Positions 24,117 to 44,093 of a stretch of 64,000 nt of DNA are shown here, piece by piece; positions within the stretch are counted from its first letter, which is position 1, and each line of letters opens with the position of its first letter. The notes beneath the pieces were generated by a model that was not told where the DNA came from, ran no database searches, and saw nothing but the letters and a program-made list of their open reading frames with translations. The position numbers were made by a program, and so were the translations under genes. This DNA is from Klebsormidium nitens (Eukaryota; Plantae; Klebsormidiophyceae), in the NCBI GenBank assembly GCA_000708835.1, contig DF237319.1, positions 1 to 64,000 on the forward strand. Reading direction: 5' to 3'.

Positions 24117-27100
24117 TTACCGCCTACTGATCACTACATCGTCGCAGAATGTCCTGAAGTAAGGCGCCTCTTCCGCAACGAAGGCCCTGCCACAAAAACA
24201 AAACCGCCGTTTTAGGAAGAAGAAAAGCATTCAAAAAGGTTGATTGTTTGATATGTGGAGTCAACAAGCCACCCCTGGCACCTCGACTTGCTGGCGGCAA
24301 TCTTTGACAGCCTACTGATTCCAATCCGCCCTCTTTCAGGGCAAAGCAAGGCGTGAGTCGTCGACCCATCAGCGCGTATGTCAGGCATTCACGTTCGGCG
24401 GCCCATATGGACCTCTTCTTTACTTCTAGTCTTTCGGGGCTAAAGGCGCTCCGAGGCTGTGGACAAAGACCCTTGCAGAAGTATTGACGACGCTTCCGAA
24501 GCAAGCCACATATCGACGACTTTTCACAGCTTCCACAGCCAAGCTCTGGCGTCGAAGTTTAGGCGTCGAAAGAGTGCTGTGCCTAGAAGTCCAGGGTTAT
24601 GCAAACCCGTGCCTTACCCAATTCGTCGCACCATCTCGGGGTAGTCCCACCGGGGGCTCCAGGGGTAGTTATCGTACGGGTTTGAAGCAACCGCCACCGC
24701 GTTTGAGTTAAAGTGCTGCAGAGAGGGTGGGAAAATGGTGATCAGAAACAGGACAAGCCATGACTCAGACCGCTGTTGTCGGATAGAGAAACTGGGCTGA
24801 CTGACTTAGGGACTGTAAGGGAGTGGCGCGTTGGTGATCGGTAATCAAAAAACGGGAAGAGCCATGACTTGGAACGCTGCTGTCGCACAGGGACTTCGGA
24901 CAGATTGACCTTGGAACTGTGGGGGAGTGGCGCTTCACTCCACGCCACTAAAAGTCGCGATACGATCTGCGAAATAGTCCAGAGCCCACGGGAAACCAAA
25001 ACCGAAACATATCGGCGTCTTGAATCGCAGCATGCCTGGAAGAAACCATGGGTAGAGGACCTGAATGACTTCGGAGAAAACCTGGCAAGCGGCGCCATTT
25101 TGGCGCCATCATGAACAGATAAAGTAGACTCTCAGCGTCGACCGCGCTGAGCTGTTCAGGACAATCGATTGTCCGACACTTCTGCATCTAACCGGACGCA
25201 TTGAGAAACGCTGCTGACGTCCCCCTACCGTCAGCACCGCAACCCTCTGCTTTTTCCTACTGGACTGAAAACTCTCATTGCTCCAAGAGAGCAAACTTGA
25301 GCTTACCAGCGAGCTCTGGAAAACTAGGATGGGGAGGTCCTTCGGAAATTGGGGGGAAAGGTGGAAGTGAACCTGCAACGAGGCGAGCGTGACACGTCAG
25401 CATATGTTACGGGCACACCCCACAGTCCCGACTCAACGTTCTTGTTCCTGAAAAGGGCTGCTATCATCGAAGGTACCATTCTAGATGAGCAGCAAGGCAA
25501 ACGTCGACCGCCGCTTTAAGAGTCCGGTCGGATTGAAGCGCACGGGGGGAGGCTCCAGCATATCGTGAGGGCTCTCAGTCCAGGACGCGGCGACGGTGGA
25601 AGTGCCAGGCTGGCTGCAAGGTCGCCAACACGGAGATGTGCTAAAAGGAGACTCTAACGAGAGACGGCCAGCAAAAGTGTTTTACAATCTCTCATCACGT
25701 GACATTAGACAGTAACATGACGTGATATATTCTGAGGATGGTCTTTCTGGTCGACTAATCATCTTTCAACCAGGTGGACCGCTCGCAACGAGAATGCGCC
25801 AACTGGGAAACGCTACGATAGCTTAACCCACGAGTGGATCGCGTCTCCAAGCGAGTAAAAACAAGCGTCGCCAGAATCGGACGCTAAGATCGTGAGAGAC
25901 ATAAAACTTCGGCCCAGTCGATTTTGAGGCATCCGAGCAGCAAGGGGTTCAGGCCGCCAAACACGAGCTTAGGGGGAGCTTGACTACGATGCGCAACACA
26001 AATAGCGGATTCTGCCCCTGTACAACTCTACGCCTTTCTATCTATACGTCTTACACTTGCAGCTCTGGCGTTCCCTGTGGCCTCTAAACGCCCCAAAACC
26101 TCGACTAGGGACAGCAGGAAAAGAATTGTCGAAGAAAGAGCAAATGTGCTTACGATGAAGACGAATCCAGAATGGGAAGCGAGGACGCTCGCCCGCCGGA
26201 AGTACTTCTGCAGAGCGGAATGAGCATTTCTATGGTCAGACTTCATCAGATTTCAAAAGCCTCCTGTTATGCAATGAAGGCTGCTGAAAAGTGTACAAAC
26301 AAGCGCAGGCGCAATCTGGTCTTCGTCACTTCTTGTTCAAGCCGACACGACTGATCTGCGAGGACGACGCCTAGGGTATGACAGGAGTCTATTTCGGCAC
26401 CTTTTCAGACTACAAGAAATGCAGCTCAAGTGCTCATGCTTCTCGTGCGGAAAGGCGGACAACGACATGTCGGGCAATCTTGGGGGAAATATAGTGACCA
26501 GTCGACTTCTTACCGTGTCTACTTCCAGAGGCCGGCCAAAGACACGTGGCAGCTGCTCGATGAACCGGCACCGATACGTGACGGATGCCACGCACAGCTG
26601 AACCTGAGATTTGAAAGAATTCGGATCAGAGCTTGACATCCAATTAAAGGCCGACAGATACCGTACGATGTATTGGTAGGGGCACAAGTTACAACGGTCC
26701 GAAAGTTCGGCCGCCGAACAGAGATTTCGCAACGCCTCGATTCAAAGGGTCAAGGGACTTGACCAAGTGTTCTAGGCGTGAGCAACTTGCGGTGCCAGTT
26801 TCTTGAGGATTCTAACAAAGGTGCTACTTCGAAACGAAGGAGCAAGAGAAAAGTACGTCCTCAATGCAAAAGCTTCTGAACGCTCAGAATGAAAAGGTTG
26901 TTCCAGGGTATAGGCGTTGAGCGTCTGAGCAACATTTGCCGCCAAGAACGACAGGGCGCCGAAAAGGCGGGCTCCAGTTCGTCACCTCTAGCTCCGCCTT
27001 GCCACTGCACACTTCAACTGGGAGTAAAACTGATCGAAGCAACGTCGCAATCAACAAATCCTCTTAGCTTGTCCAACCCAATAATCGGCCCGGTCAGTAG

Positions 27101-30100
27101 ATTGAAACAGCGAAAAAGCTCAGTCTCAATAAGGAGATGTCGGGAATGAAACGGTTTCACGCTCGGACAAGCATGGAGGTTTTTACCTGTTCCATGAGCT
27201 GCTCCTGAAGAGGGGGGATGTACTCCATCAAACACCTGCAAGACAACGTACTGTTTTTAGGCGTGTCCAACATATTCAACGAGCGACGATATGCTGATGC
27301 TTGCAGGGCCCACGTCAGTAGCAATTTTGTCACCCAGTTTTGAGGGGCTTTGAGGGCTGAAACACCCGGCGGGAATTAGGGTCCAGTTGGCTCCGACACT
27401 CGCATTTACGAGCAAGCAAACCATCCGCTTGATTTGATACCTTGCAGAAAGGGTCACTTTTAGAACGAGCACTCTTTGACGGGCCTCTTGGCTTGCCATA
27501 GCGTGACCGACTTTTCCCCAGTCGTCTCCATAACCCTCCCATCACTGAGCAGGAGACCAGTTCACTCGCCGATGATCGAAGATTCTGTGCTATGAGCCAT
27601 GAGCCATTCCGTTTGAATCGTAGCCCCATCAAAACCCGAGGATTTCACTAGGAGAGACAGAAAGGCTACAGGAAGCAGCCGGTGCGGAGATCGTCACAAG
27701 AAAAGTTTGAGAACGAGGGGGAGCGCAATCCCACATGTGCGGTGTCCAGGCGGGCAGCTTCTGTGTGAAGTCGCCCAGGATGTCGCGCACGGCCGGGGGG
27801 GTGTTGAGGCTCAGCTGAGGGGCGCCGGGCGGACCGCCGCCACGCTGAAGGGGGAAGCGGACCTGGGAAAAGGAAGAGCCCGTGTTCAAAAGGGCGCCTG
27901 TGACCCGTAACGCCTTGGCGACCAGACAGCCCGTATACCGCAGTTCGGGTCGCTGAATCTGGTATCACGTCGTGCCGGAATTCGGCGACACAAGGGCAGA
28001 ATGTTATGCGAAGTAGCTGCCGCGGGTACAACGTGGTTAGCCGCCCTCTTTAAACTGGAGGTAGGAACTTGACGGACGACATCCACAAAAGCGGACGGCG
28101 TCGTTTCCCTGGTTGATCACAGTCTCGGACGGCATCGACAACCCTGGAAAAAGAACACCCTGACCCGTCCGATCGAGCTGGCAAGCACGCTGGCGAAGCC
28201 TACTCTGATTTGCAACTTTTTGAAAGCATTTGCCTCTCGTGATTTGTGGTTTGTAGTTTGTTCTTCTCCCCCTTCCCAAACCACCGAACGCGTCCAGCCG
28301 TTTCGTTGCCTTCCTTCTCCTGATTGCAAACGGTTTCTGACATGGAAAGCAACACGGAACACATGCAGAATGTCCAAAATGTCTTCCGTCGGCAAACTTG
28401 CCGGATCAAGAAAAGGATTGGCATCACGGACTGCGCCGCTTCCATACCGCACTCGTTACAAGGTGCAATCAAAGCGTGTTCGACTTGACTTACAAATAGT
28501 TGGACACGTGGGGTGGGTTGACTGGGGAGCGACAGCGCGGCAGCTGTTAACCTTGCGTATTGCTCTGGTTACAAAGTGTGTACTACAAGTCAAAGTGTGG
28601 GTCGCCGCACTTACAAAAAGTTGGACGCGGGGCGTGGGCTGGCCGGGGGGCGAGAGCGCGGCGGCGGTTGCCGCTGCGGGGCCATCTCGGCCACGAAGGA
28701 GGGCCTCAGGTGAGAGGTCGATGCCAGGTAGGGGGATCACCATGTGCACCTCCTCTGGCTGCAATAGAAAAGGAGGGGTACGATCAGTAGTGAAAATCAC
28801 CCCCGAAGAAAGAGGGCCTCGAGAGTAAGGTCGATGTCGGGGGAGGGGGATCACCATGTGCACCTCCTCTGGCTGCATTGGAAAAGCGGGGTACGAGCAA
28901 GAGCAGGAAATATCCCCCAACAGAGGCCTCGGGAGAAAGGTCGATGCCGGGGAGGGGGATCACGATGTGCACCCACGGTGTTGTTGGGGGGGCATCACGG
29001 GCAAAGACCACCCCCCTCTAGGTGATGGGAGTCCTTGGGCGGGGGGAAAGAATATGCACAGGGCGTCTAGCTGTCGTAACGAGTGCATTGCTTCTTTGGG
29101 ATGATGCCAGGAAGGGGGGAGTAAAAGATTTAAAGGAACCGGTGGCTAAGAAGCGACGGATGGGTGGGGTTCAGAAGGGGAGATAATTTCCTAGCCAACA
29201 CGAGCTTGAAGAGATGTCCACAGCAACTTTGGATCACAGATAACACGTTTTGAAAGAATGTTTACAAGTTCTCACCCGGTCGGGGCCCTCTGCCAGGCAG
29301 ACCTCGAGGCCCTGCGAATAAAACAGAATCTGCGTCAGCCTAATCAGACCAAAAATGAGCGGAAAGAGAGCATGTTGGGTAATTTTGCTTCAAAGATGAA
29401 GATACCAAGTGAAGCTGAAGAATCCGAGTGTAAGCTACTCGAAAAATTCAATGTGGGATCGAGCTCTTGTTGAGGCGAAATGAAGAGCTTTCATTATGGG
29501 CTCTCTCGTGACAAGGCCTGATATTTGCCACCCTTCTAATCTACTCGACCTCGTTTTCAAAACACGAGCCACCGGAAAACGTCTCTACATTGGGGAGCCC
29601 TGTTAGGCATTCTGTGATGAGCATGCCTTAACCCAGCCTAAAGTCACCCAGTAGACAGGGGCGCTCACTCACCTCAAGGTGGCCTATGGTGCTGATTTCG
29701 AACTTTATTCTGTCGTCCTGTAGTGCCTCCACCTTTCGCCGCTGGTACTGAACGTACAGCCGCCTGCAGTCACGTTCGTTCCATTGTAAGCCTTGGTACC
29801 GCAGAGTTTCTGGCGCATCCTTCTATTGGGAAGTCCCCTTTGGAGCCAAAACGTTTCTTTCAGGCCGTAGATGACTGGCTTCGTTGTGAGACTTTCTTTC
29901 TCGCGCAAGTGCTTGACAAAGCTGGAGGTTCGTAGCTCTGGTTGGATGACGTACGACTAACAGTTTGCCCATCATCCTTCCTCGCATATTTGACCAATGC
30001 TCTCAGCCGTGGCCTCGGCCTGAAGAGTCTGCCAAATGAACGCTTCCTGTTGGACAATCCCTGCCTTTTACCAAATGACGGAGGTGGGTCCTTCATCATA

Positions 30101-31583
30101 AACAGCGGGTCTGCAGAGCCTAGGCTGCATCAGCTGCGGATTTTCCCTGCGACTGAAATGACGTTCTTGAGGGAAGGGGAAAAGGCACTTCCCGCAGCAA
30201 ATGCGAAAGAAAGTGAAATCCTGACGCTGCCCATGGCTGCAATTCAAAGATCTGGTTCAAAACTCCACGGCCAATCATCATTGTCCTTATTCTTGCACAA
30301 GTTTTCTTTCCTGCTGGATTCCTTTTTGAAAGAAATGCGCCAGTTTCTTAAAGGATGTGAGTGCATCTCCGTCCCTCACCTCAGAGCTAGGAGCATCCCC
30401 AGAAGGTTCGCCTCTTCTGGCACGTGTGGTTTCGAAATCATGTCCACGTAAGGAACCACTCTGGGGGGATCAGTAGAGGCGTTGTCTGAAGGGGGCGGCA
30501 GCAGGGGCTGGAAGTCGCTGTTTTGGGGGGGGAAGACGACGTCCGGGGGCAGGTTTGGCTGAGCTGCATTGTAAAGCACGTGCCCTGGTGGGGAGGGTGT
30601 GCAACGATGTCAGCAACAATCATTTCAGAATCAGAATCAGGTTTCACAGCCGCGCCAGGAAGGAGAAACTAAAGTCGCCCGACTTTTGGAGATTTTTGCA
30701 AGGCGTTGATCACTGCGCTGTTTATTCTAGTCCCAGTACGAGCGACCTGTATGTCACATCCTGATACGCGTTTGCTAGACCACCCTACGCGCTTTGACTG
30801 GGTGGATGATTGACTACTGATAAGAGAGATACTGGTCTTTCTAGGAAGGGGCAGAAGTAAAAAGCTTACATTGCACGCTCTCAAGGCCGCAGGGGATGTG
30901 CACGATGAACCGGTCTGCGTATTCTGAGTGGGGGCTGCCCCTTCGTATCTTGTCAATCTGCACAGCCATGACAGAATGCTTACACTAAGGTTTCTGTCAA
31001 ATTCCTCGTAATCTAGCCCTTGTCTCACGGCTGATGCTGCCCTGCCTCAGAGATGGTGCACAGTATTGTCAAGTTGGCTCTGTCAGTGACACAATGAAGG
31101 GCTCCGTGGTTTGAAGAGATCAAACATCTGCTTTCAATGCGTTTGCGTAGCATTCGAGGGACTCTGTTGGAAGAGCACTCTTCAGGACGAGACTCATAAG
31201 CGGCCGAAAGTGACAGTGGTACAAAGTATATCAAATCAGAGCCAAAGCACTTTGAAGGCTGAATGGATCACACCAGGAGTTGCTGCTCGCACTGTACCTG
31301 CTCATAACGCTGTCTTTTATCTTGCACTGAAGCAGGTCGGATAGAAAGCAGCCACATTTTTAAGCAGCTGCGGCAGCCTCCGTAATCACAAGCGCATACG
31401 TTCAGTGGCGCAGTTTAACCAAAGTGCCCTTAAGCTGTCCCGCAGTACGCCCAAGAAGAGGTGGTAATCAGAAGCCTACCACTATCGAAGGATCAGAGCC
31501 ACCCTTCTTACCTTGAAGTGCAGGTCCTGATAGCTGCGCAATGCTGCCACTTGCACCGCAATCGACGGCTCCAGGCTGTCCAT
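24117..31583 (-). CDS. BABAM2: BRISC and BRCA1-A complex member 2 (BRE/BRCC45), 13 exons, 396 aa
   Basis: Exons in transcript order: 31583-31512, 30957-30870, 30584-30380, 29763-29673, 29311-29276, 28758-28615, 27862-27735, 27235-27187, 26603-26514, 26207-26154, 25372-25307, 24715-24618, 24186-24117. All introns GT-AG, phases consistent, 1191 nt total. Family motifs: DRFIVHIPC, WHVLYN..PPDVVF, LYVQYQRRKV..DDRIKFEISTI, PEEV, KLPAW..MCLMEYIP, FGRPLEVD, QFPK, YPWSPRW. Confidence 0.93.
28488..28975 (-). repeat. Tandem duplications of both splice junctions of BRE exon 6
   Basis: Acceptor plus exon start occurs in ~112-bp units at ~28700-28812, ~28813-28924 and, partially, 28925-28975. Exon end plus donor occurs at 28609-28665 and 28488-28543. 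Confidence 0.9.
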
Positions 31584-40522
<8,939 letters not shown>

Positions 40523-40951
40523 GTTCATGGGAGGCGCGCAAAGGTTAGGTACACGAAAACGGAATATAGTACACGTCGATTGCTCAATCTGCAAAAGTTT
40601 TCACTTCAAGTCGACGAGCTTGATTCCAATTGGCGAGGAGTTGGATTGTCAATGCTTACAAGGTTAGAATCAGGCTGTGCGCTATATGCATGTGATTCGT
40701 TGCTGTGTGCATGACTATGATTTCGGAGTACTGTAGTATACGAGGTTACGAGAACTGCCTCGTTGAACTAAGCCAAGTCATCAACAAGATCGACCGATCG
40801 TCACTAATGGAATGCAACAGACGCTCGCCTTCCTTGTAGGTAGGCATGCAATTTACCTAGCATGCGAAACGGGCTTCAGATTTGCAACACTCATCGATCA
40901 CTCGGTATAATCCCGTGATGCAAGGCGGCAAAAATGATGAAGAAGGAGCTG

Positions 40952-41025
40952 CATGGTGGCATGAGATCGAGTTGGAGCCCCATGGTGGCATGAAATCGCA
41001 CCAGATCGCATGGTGGCATGAGATC
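40952..41025. repeat. Three 17-bp direct repeats between ProRS and SEP2
   Basis: catggtggcatga(g/a)atc at 40952, 40981 and 41009, with 12- and 11-nt spacers. Confidence 0.9.
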
Positions 41026-41815
41026 ACCGGATCGCAGCCTGCCTACAGTCTCTGGTGCCCTCAGCTCGAAGATTGTTTTCCGTGACGTGCATTACTGGTA
41101 CGGTTCGCGTCGTACAGCAGTTGTAGGTAATGGGTTTTGATTGGTCAAACTCGGCTGAAGCGCTGAAATGCGCTGTATGAGAGGCAGATGCCCGTACAGT
41201 AATAAATAATTTGAAATCTATGATTGGATTTCTCAGATCAACGGTATCAAGGCTCAAGCACGTAGCTTGGCCGCGATCTTGTTACGCGGCACGCTCAGAT
41301 CGCGATACGTGGACGGTTTGCCCAACCGTCGATGACCTGGACAGCATATGGTCGTTTCGAACTTTGGATGGCTGAGAGCTGCTGGCAGAAGATCGGACGG
41401 TCGTAAGATGGTCTTGGTGGCGCCAAAAGCGTCAGCAGCGCCGCTTTCCACCTCGGACTGGCACGGGGTGACAGGTCACACCCAAAAGCTCATCATGCAA
41501 CTTGCAAGCTGCTCTTCGTTCTTGCAGGCTTGCAATTCTGAAGCTATGCATGGGCAACTGTGCAGCAAATGTAGGAGGTGGTGAAGTGAAAGAGAAGGAG
41601 AAGCAGATCAGGGAGCCAGGAAGGAGGGGAAGCTTGGACGAGCTGCGATTTGCAGGAGTGCTTTGGAGTGGTTGCTGATTGAAGTGGTTGTTGTGATTGC
41701 TGCAGGCTGCAAAAGCAGATCAGGGAGAGCCAGCTGTGGAGCTTCTTAGGTTTGATCTTGGCGACCACTCTGGTGATCTACTGATAGTTCGATCAGCCAG
41801 AGTTGTCCTGAAAAC

Positions 41816-42978
41816 ATGGAGTGCACAGCAGCTGCAACAAGTCTCGGGGCCCCCCTTTCTTGCTTGGGAGGGGCGCAGTCAAGGAAGCTGGCTGCCCCAT
41901 CACATGCATCATGGATCCTACCTGCATCTCTTAAGTCGTTCACCGGTACCCCTTTGAGCAGCTCAGCCCAGTCTCCAGCACTCCGATACAGATCAGGACA
42001 GAAGTCAGTTGTAGCAGTGATGGGAGGAGTGCCTCCCAGGCACTGCACCTTAAGAGAGTTTGGGGAAGGTGTTGACGATACTCAGCTTATGCTGAGACCA
42101 ATCAGGGTCAGGGCTTCAAATGGAGGTGGAGAGGCTCCCCAGGCTACGGTCCTGGAGCTGATTGCAGCGAACGCTGAGGCGAGCGCGCAGGTGTCCAGTT
42201 TTGAGACAGTGGCGGGAAGGGCAGCGATGGTGGGTAGCAGGTCCTCTTGTTGATTGATCTGATTGCTTATGATCCTGGGAAGGATGTCTTAGCTTATGAT
42301 TCCTGACAGGGGTCTGTGTGGATCTTATGATTTCCAGAATTCACTTAAAGTTACAAGCGGAATCTGCTAGGAGGCAATCTATTGTGCAGGGCGCTTCTAT
42401 CATCTACAGTCAAATATGATCCGTGTAGACCGATCTTGATGGTTTGGTGGTTGATCTCTTCAGACGGCTTTGATGATGCCCATTGGTGTGATTCAAGTAT
42501 GCTGTGTATTCTTGATCCAATCAGCTGTAATCTATGCATAGCTGTGATTTATGCACCTCAGATGCACCTCACTAGGCTGCTTTGTTGATTAAACCAACAA
42601 CCTGCCATTCTGTCACAGTCTTCTTCGGCCATCCTTTGTCTTCCATTATTTTGCTTATCCTGATCCGATGCTCCCTGTCATTTGCTTGCCTTGCAGATGG
42701 GCTTTCTGATGGCCACAGTGGATGAGTCTGTGACTGGAACCAGCCTGTTCCAGGACATTAACGCGGACGCTCTTGTCCCCTTTTTGATGCTTCTGGCTGC
42801 GGTCTGCGCGGCAGCAGGGTCAGCGGCCTTGGCCTGGCGGGCATCGAACCATGTTGCTGGTATTCTGCAGAGGGGTTGTAGGAACATAGTGGACACTGCT
42901 GTTGACAATATCATCGAAGGGTTGTTCTTTGAGTCATCGGATGCTCAAGCTTGGGACTCCGAACAGAAGCAGGGCTAA
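41816..42978 (+). CDS. SEP2: Stress-enhanced protein 2 (two-helix LHC-like thylakoid protein), 2 exons, 231 aa
   Basis: Exons 41816-42229 and 42697-42978 (GT-AG, phase 0). Long Ser/Ala-rich transit peptide. LHC-like helix FETVAGRAAM|MGF..DESVTGTSLF, a second hydrophobic helix, and the SEP2-type tail CRNIVDTAVDNIIEGLFFE..W. Confidence 0.88.
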
Positions 42979-44093
42979 TGGGGGGGTTGTCCATGACCTG
43001 AACACAAGTAGAGGCTAGTGCGAGGGGTTTTGATCATTGGCCAGAACACTACCAGGGGTACAGGCAACGAGTTGGGGACTGTAAATAATTTTTTGTACAA
43101 AATAAATCCAGGTACAAGGTGTCAAACAGCTAGAGACTGCAGATCAGCTTTCGATTGTCAAGGTTGCAGCATATGCGTGCTAGAGTGTAGAGTACTGCAG
43201 ATTATGTGCATAATAATTATGGTGACAAAGCAATCATTTAGATGCAGCTTGTGACAGTAGAGCCACAAAGGAGCAGATGTTGTCTACATAACATAGTTAG
43301 TCATTCGAACACTAAATTAGAGTAGAAGGCTTGGATTTGGCTTTGAGTGCACATTGCTTACTGTTTGAAAACAGCAAACCATCAGTCTGAGCAAAGCAGC
43401 TAATCAGCTGCAAAGTCTCTTGGGTTCTGCTTTCTCTGCTCAGTACCTGGGGTCAAGGATGCGAAGTTTCTTGATTTATTTTTTGTTCATGTCTTGGGCT
43501 CTCAGTCTTGGGTATTCAATTTTACATGTGCATATCATGGAGAATTCGCCCATCAATCAATCAAGTGATTGGGCCGCATTGCTAATCATGTCTAGGTAGG
43601 CGGAGACTTGCTTGATTTGTATACAGATCGGGGTATTCATGTATGTTGGTAGGCAAGAAATACCATGGGTTAGTTTGTATTGGTTATCCTGAACAATTTA
43701 ATTTCGACTGCGTGGCAGCGTGATTGATAGTAGTACGTTTAAATATGGTTCTGGTGTAACATGCCAGCTTGCAACACCAATGGATTGCATTGAATCAATG
43801 AGTCAGAAACATCAACCCGTTCAGGTGCTTCGAGTGGATAGACAAGAGTCGATTTAAAGTATGTAAGATAGTTATGTATGCGGCACCCGTTACTTAGTAT
43901 GATAATGTGGAATCAGTAAGCGCATCATTATGAGACTTGAATTTCTCAATGTTGAACGGAGAGCACATGCAGACCACAGTATCTATGTACATTTCTGATC
44001 CTCCTACAAGGTACACTTCTCAACTAGACGTTTCTTAGGAATCGTACCTTGGAAGCAATAACAAAACACAACTATCGCTAGCAGCCATCGGAC

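Noticed and set aside
28220-28828. 202-aa + strand ORF, and the similar 169-aa ORF at 29942-30451
   Set aside because: Antisense to BRE exons and introns, with no motifs.
27420-30112. Apparent exons with in-frame TAA/TAG/TGA (27650-27440 and 30112-29820, - strand), suggesting C-to-T hypermutation, RNA editing or an alternative genetic code
   Set aside because: Both lie inside BRE introns. The flanking real exons join directly (LLALR|RLYVQY and TPHM|CLMEY), and all conserved genes here use the standard code.
40952-41025. CRISPR-like repeat-spacer appearance, also considered for 35573-35832
   Set aside because: Repeats and spacers are far too short, the context is eukaryotic, and there are no cas genes.
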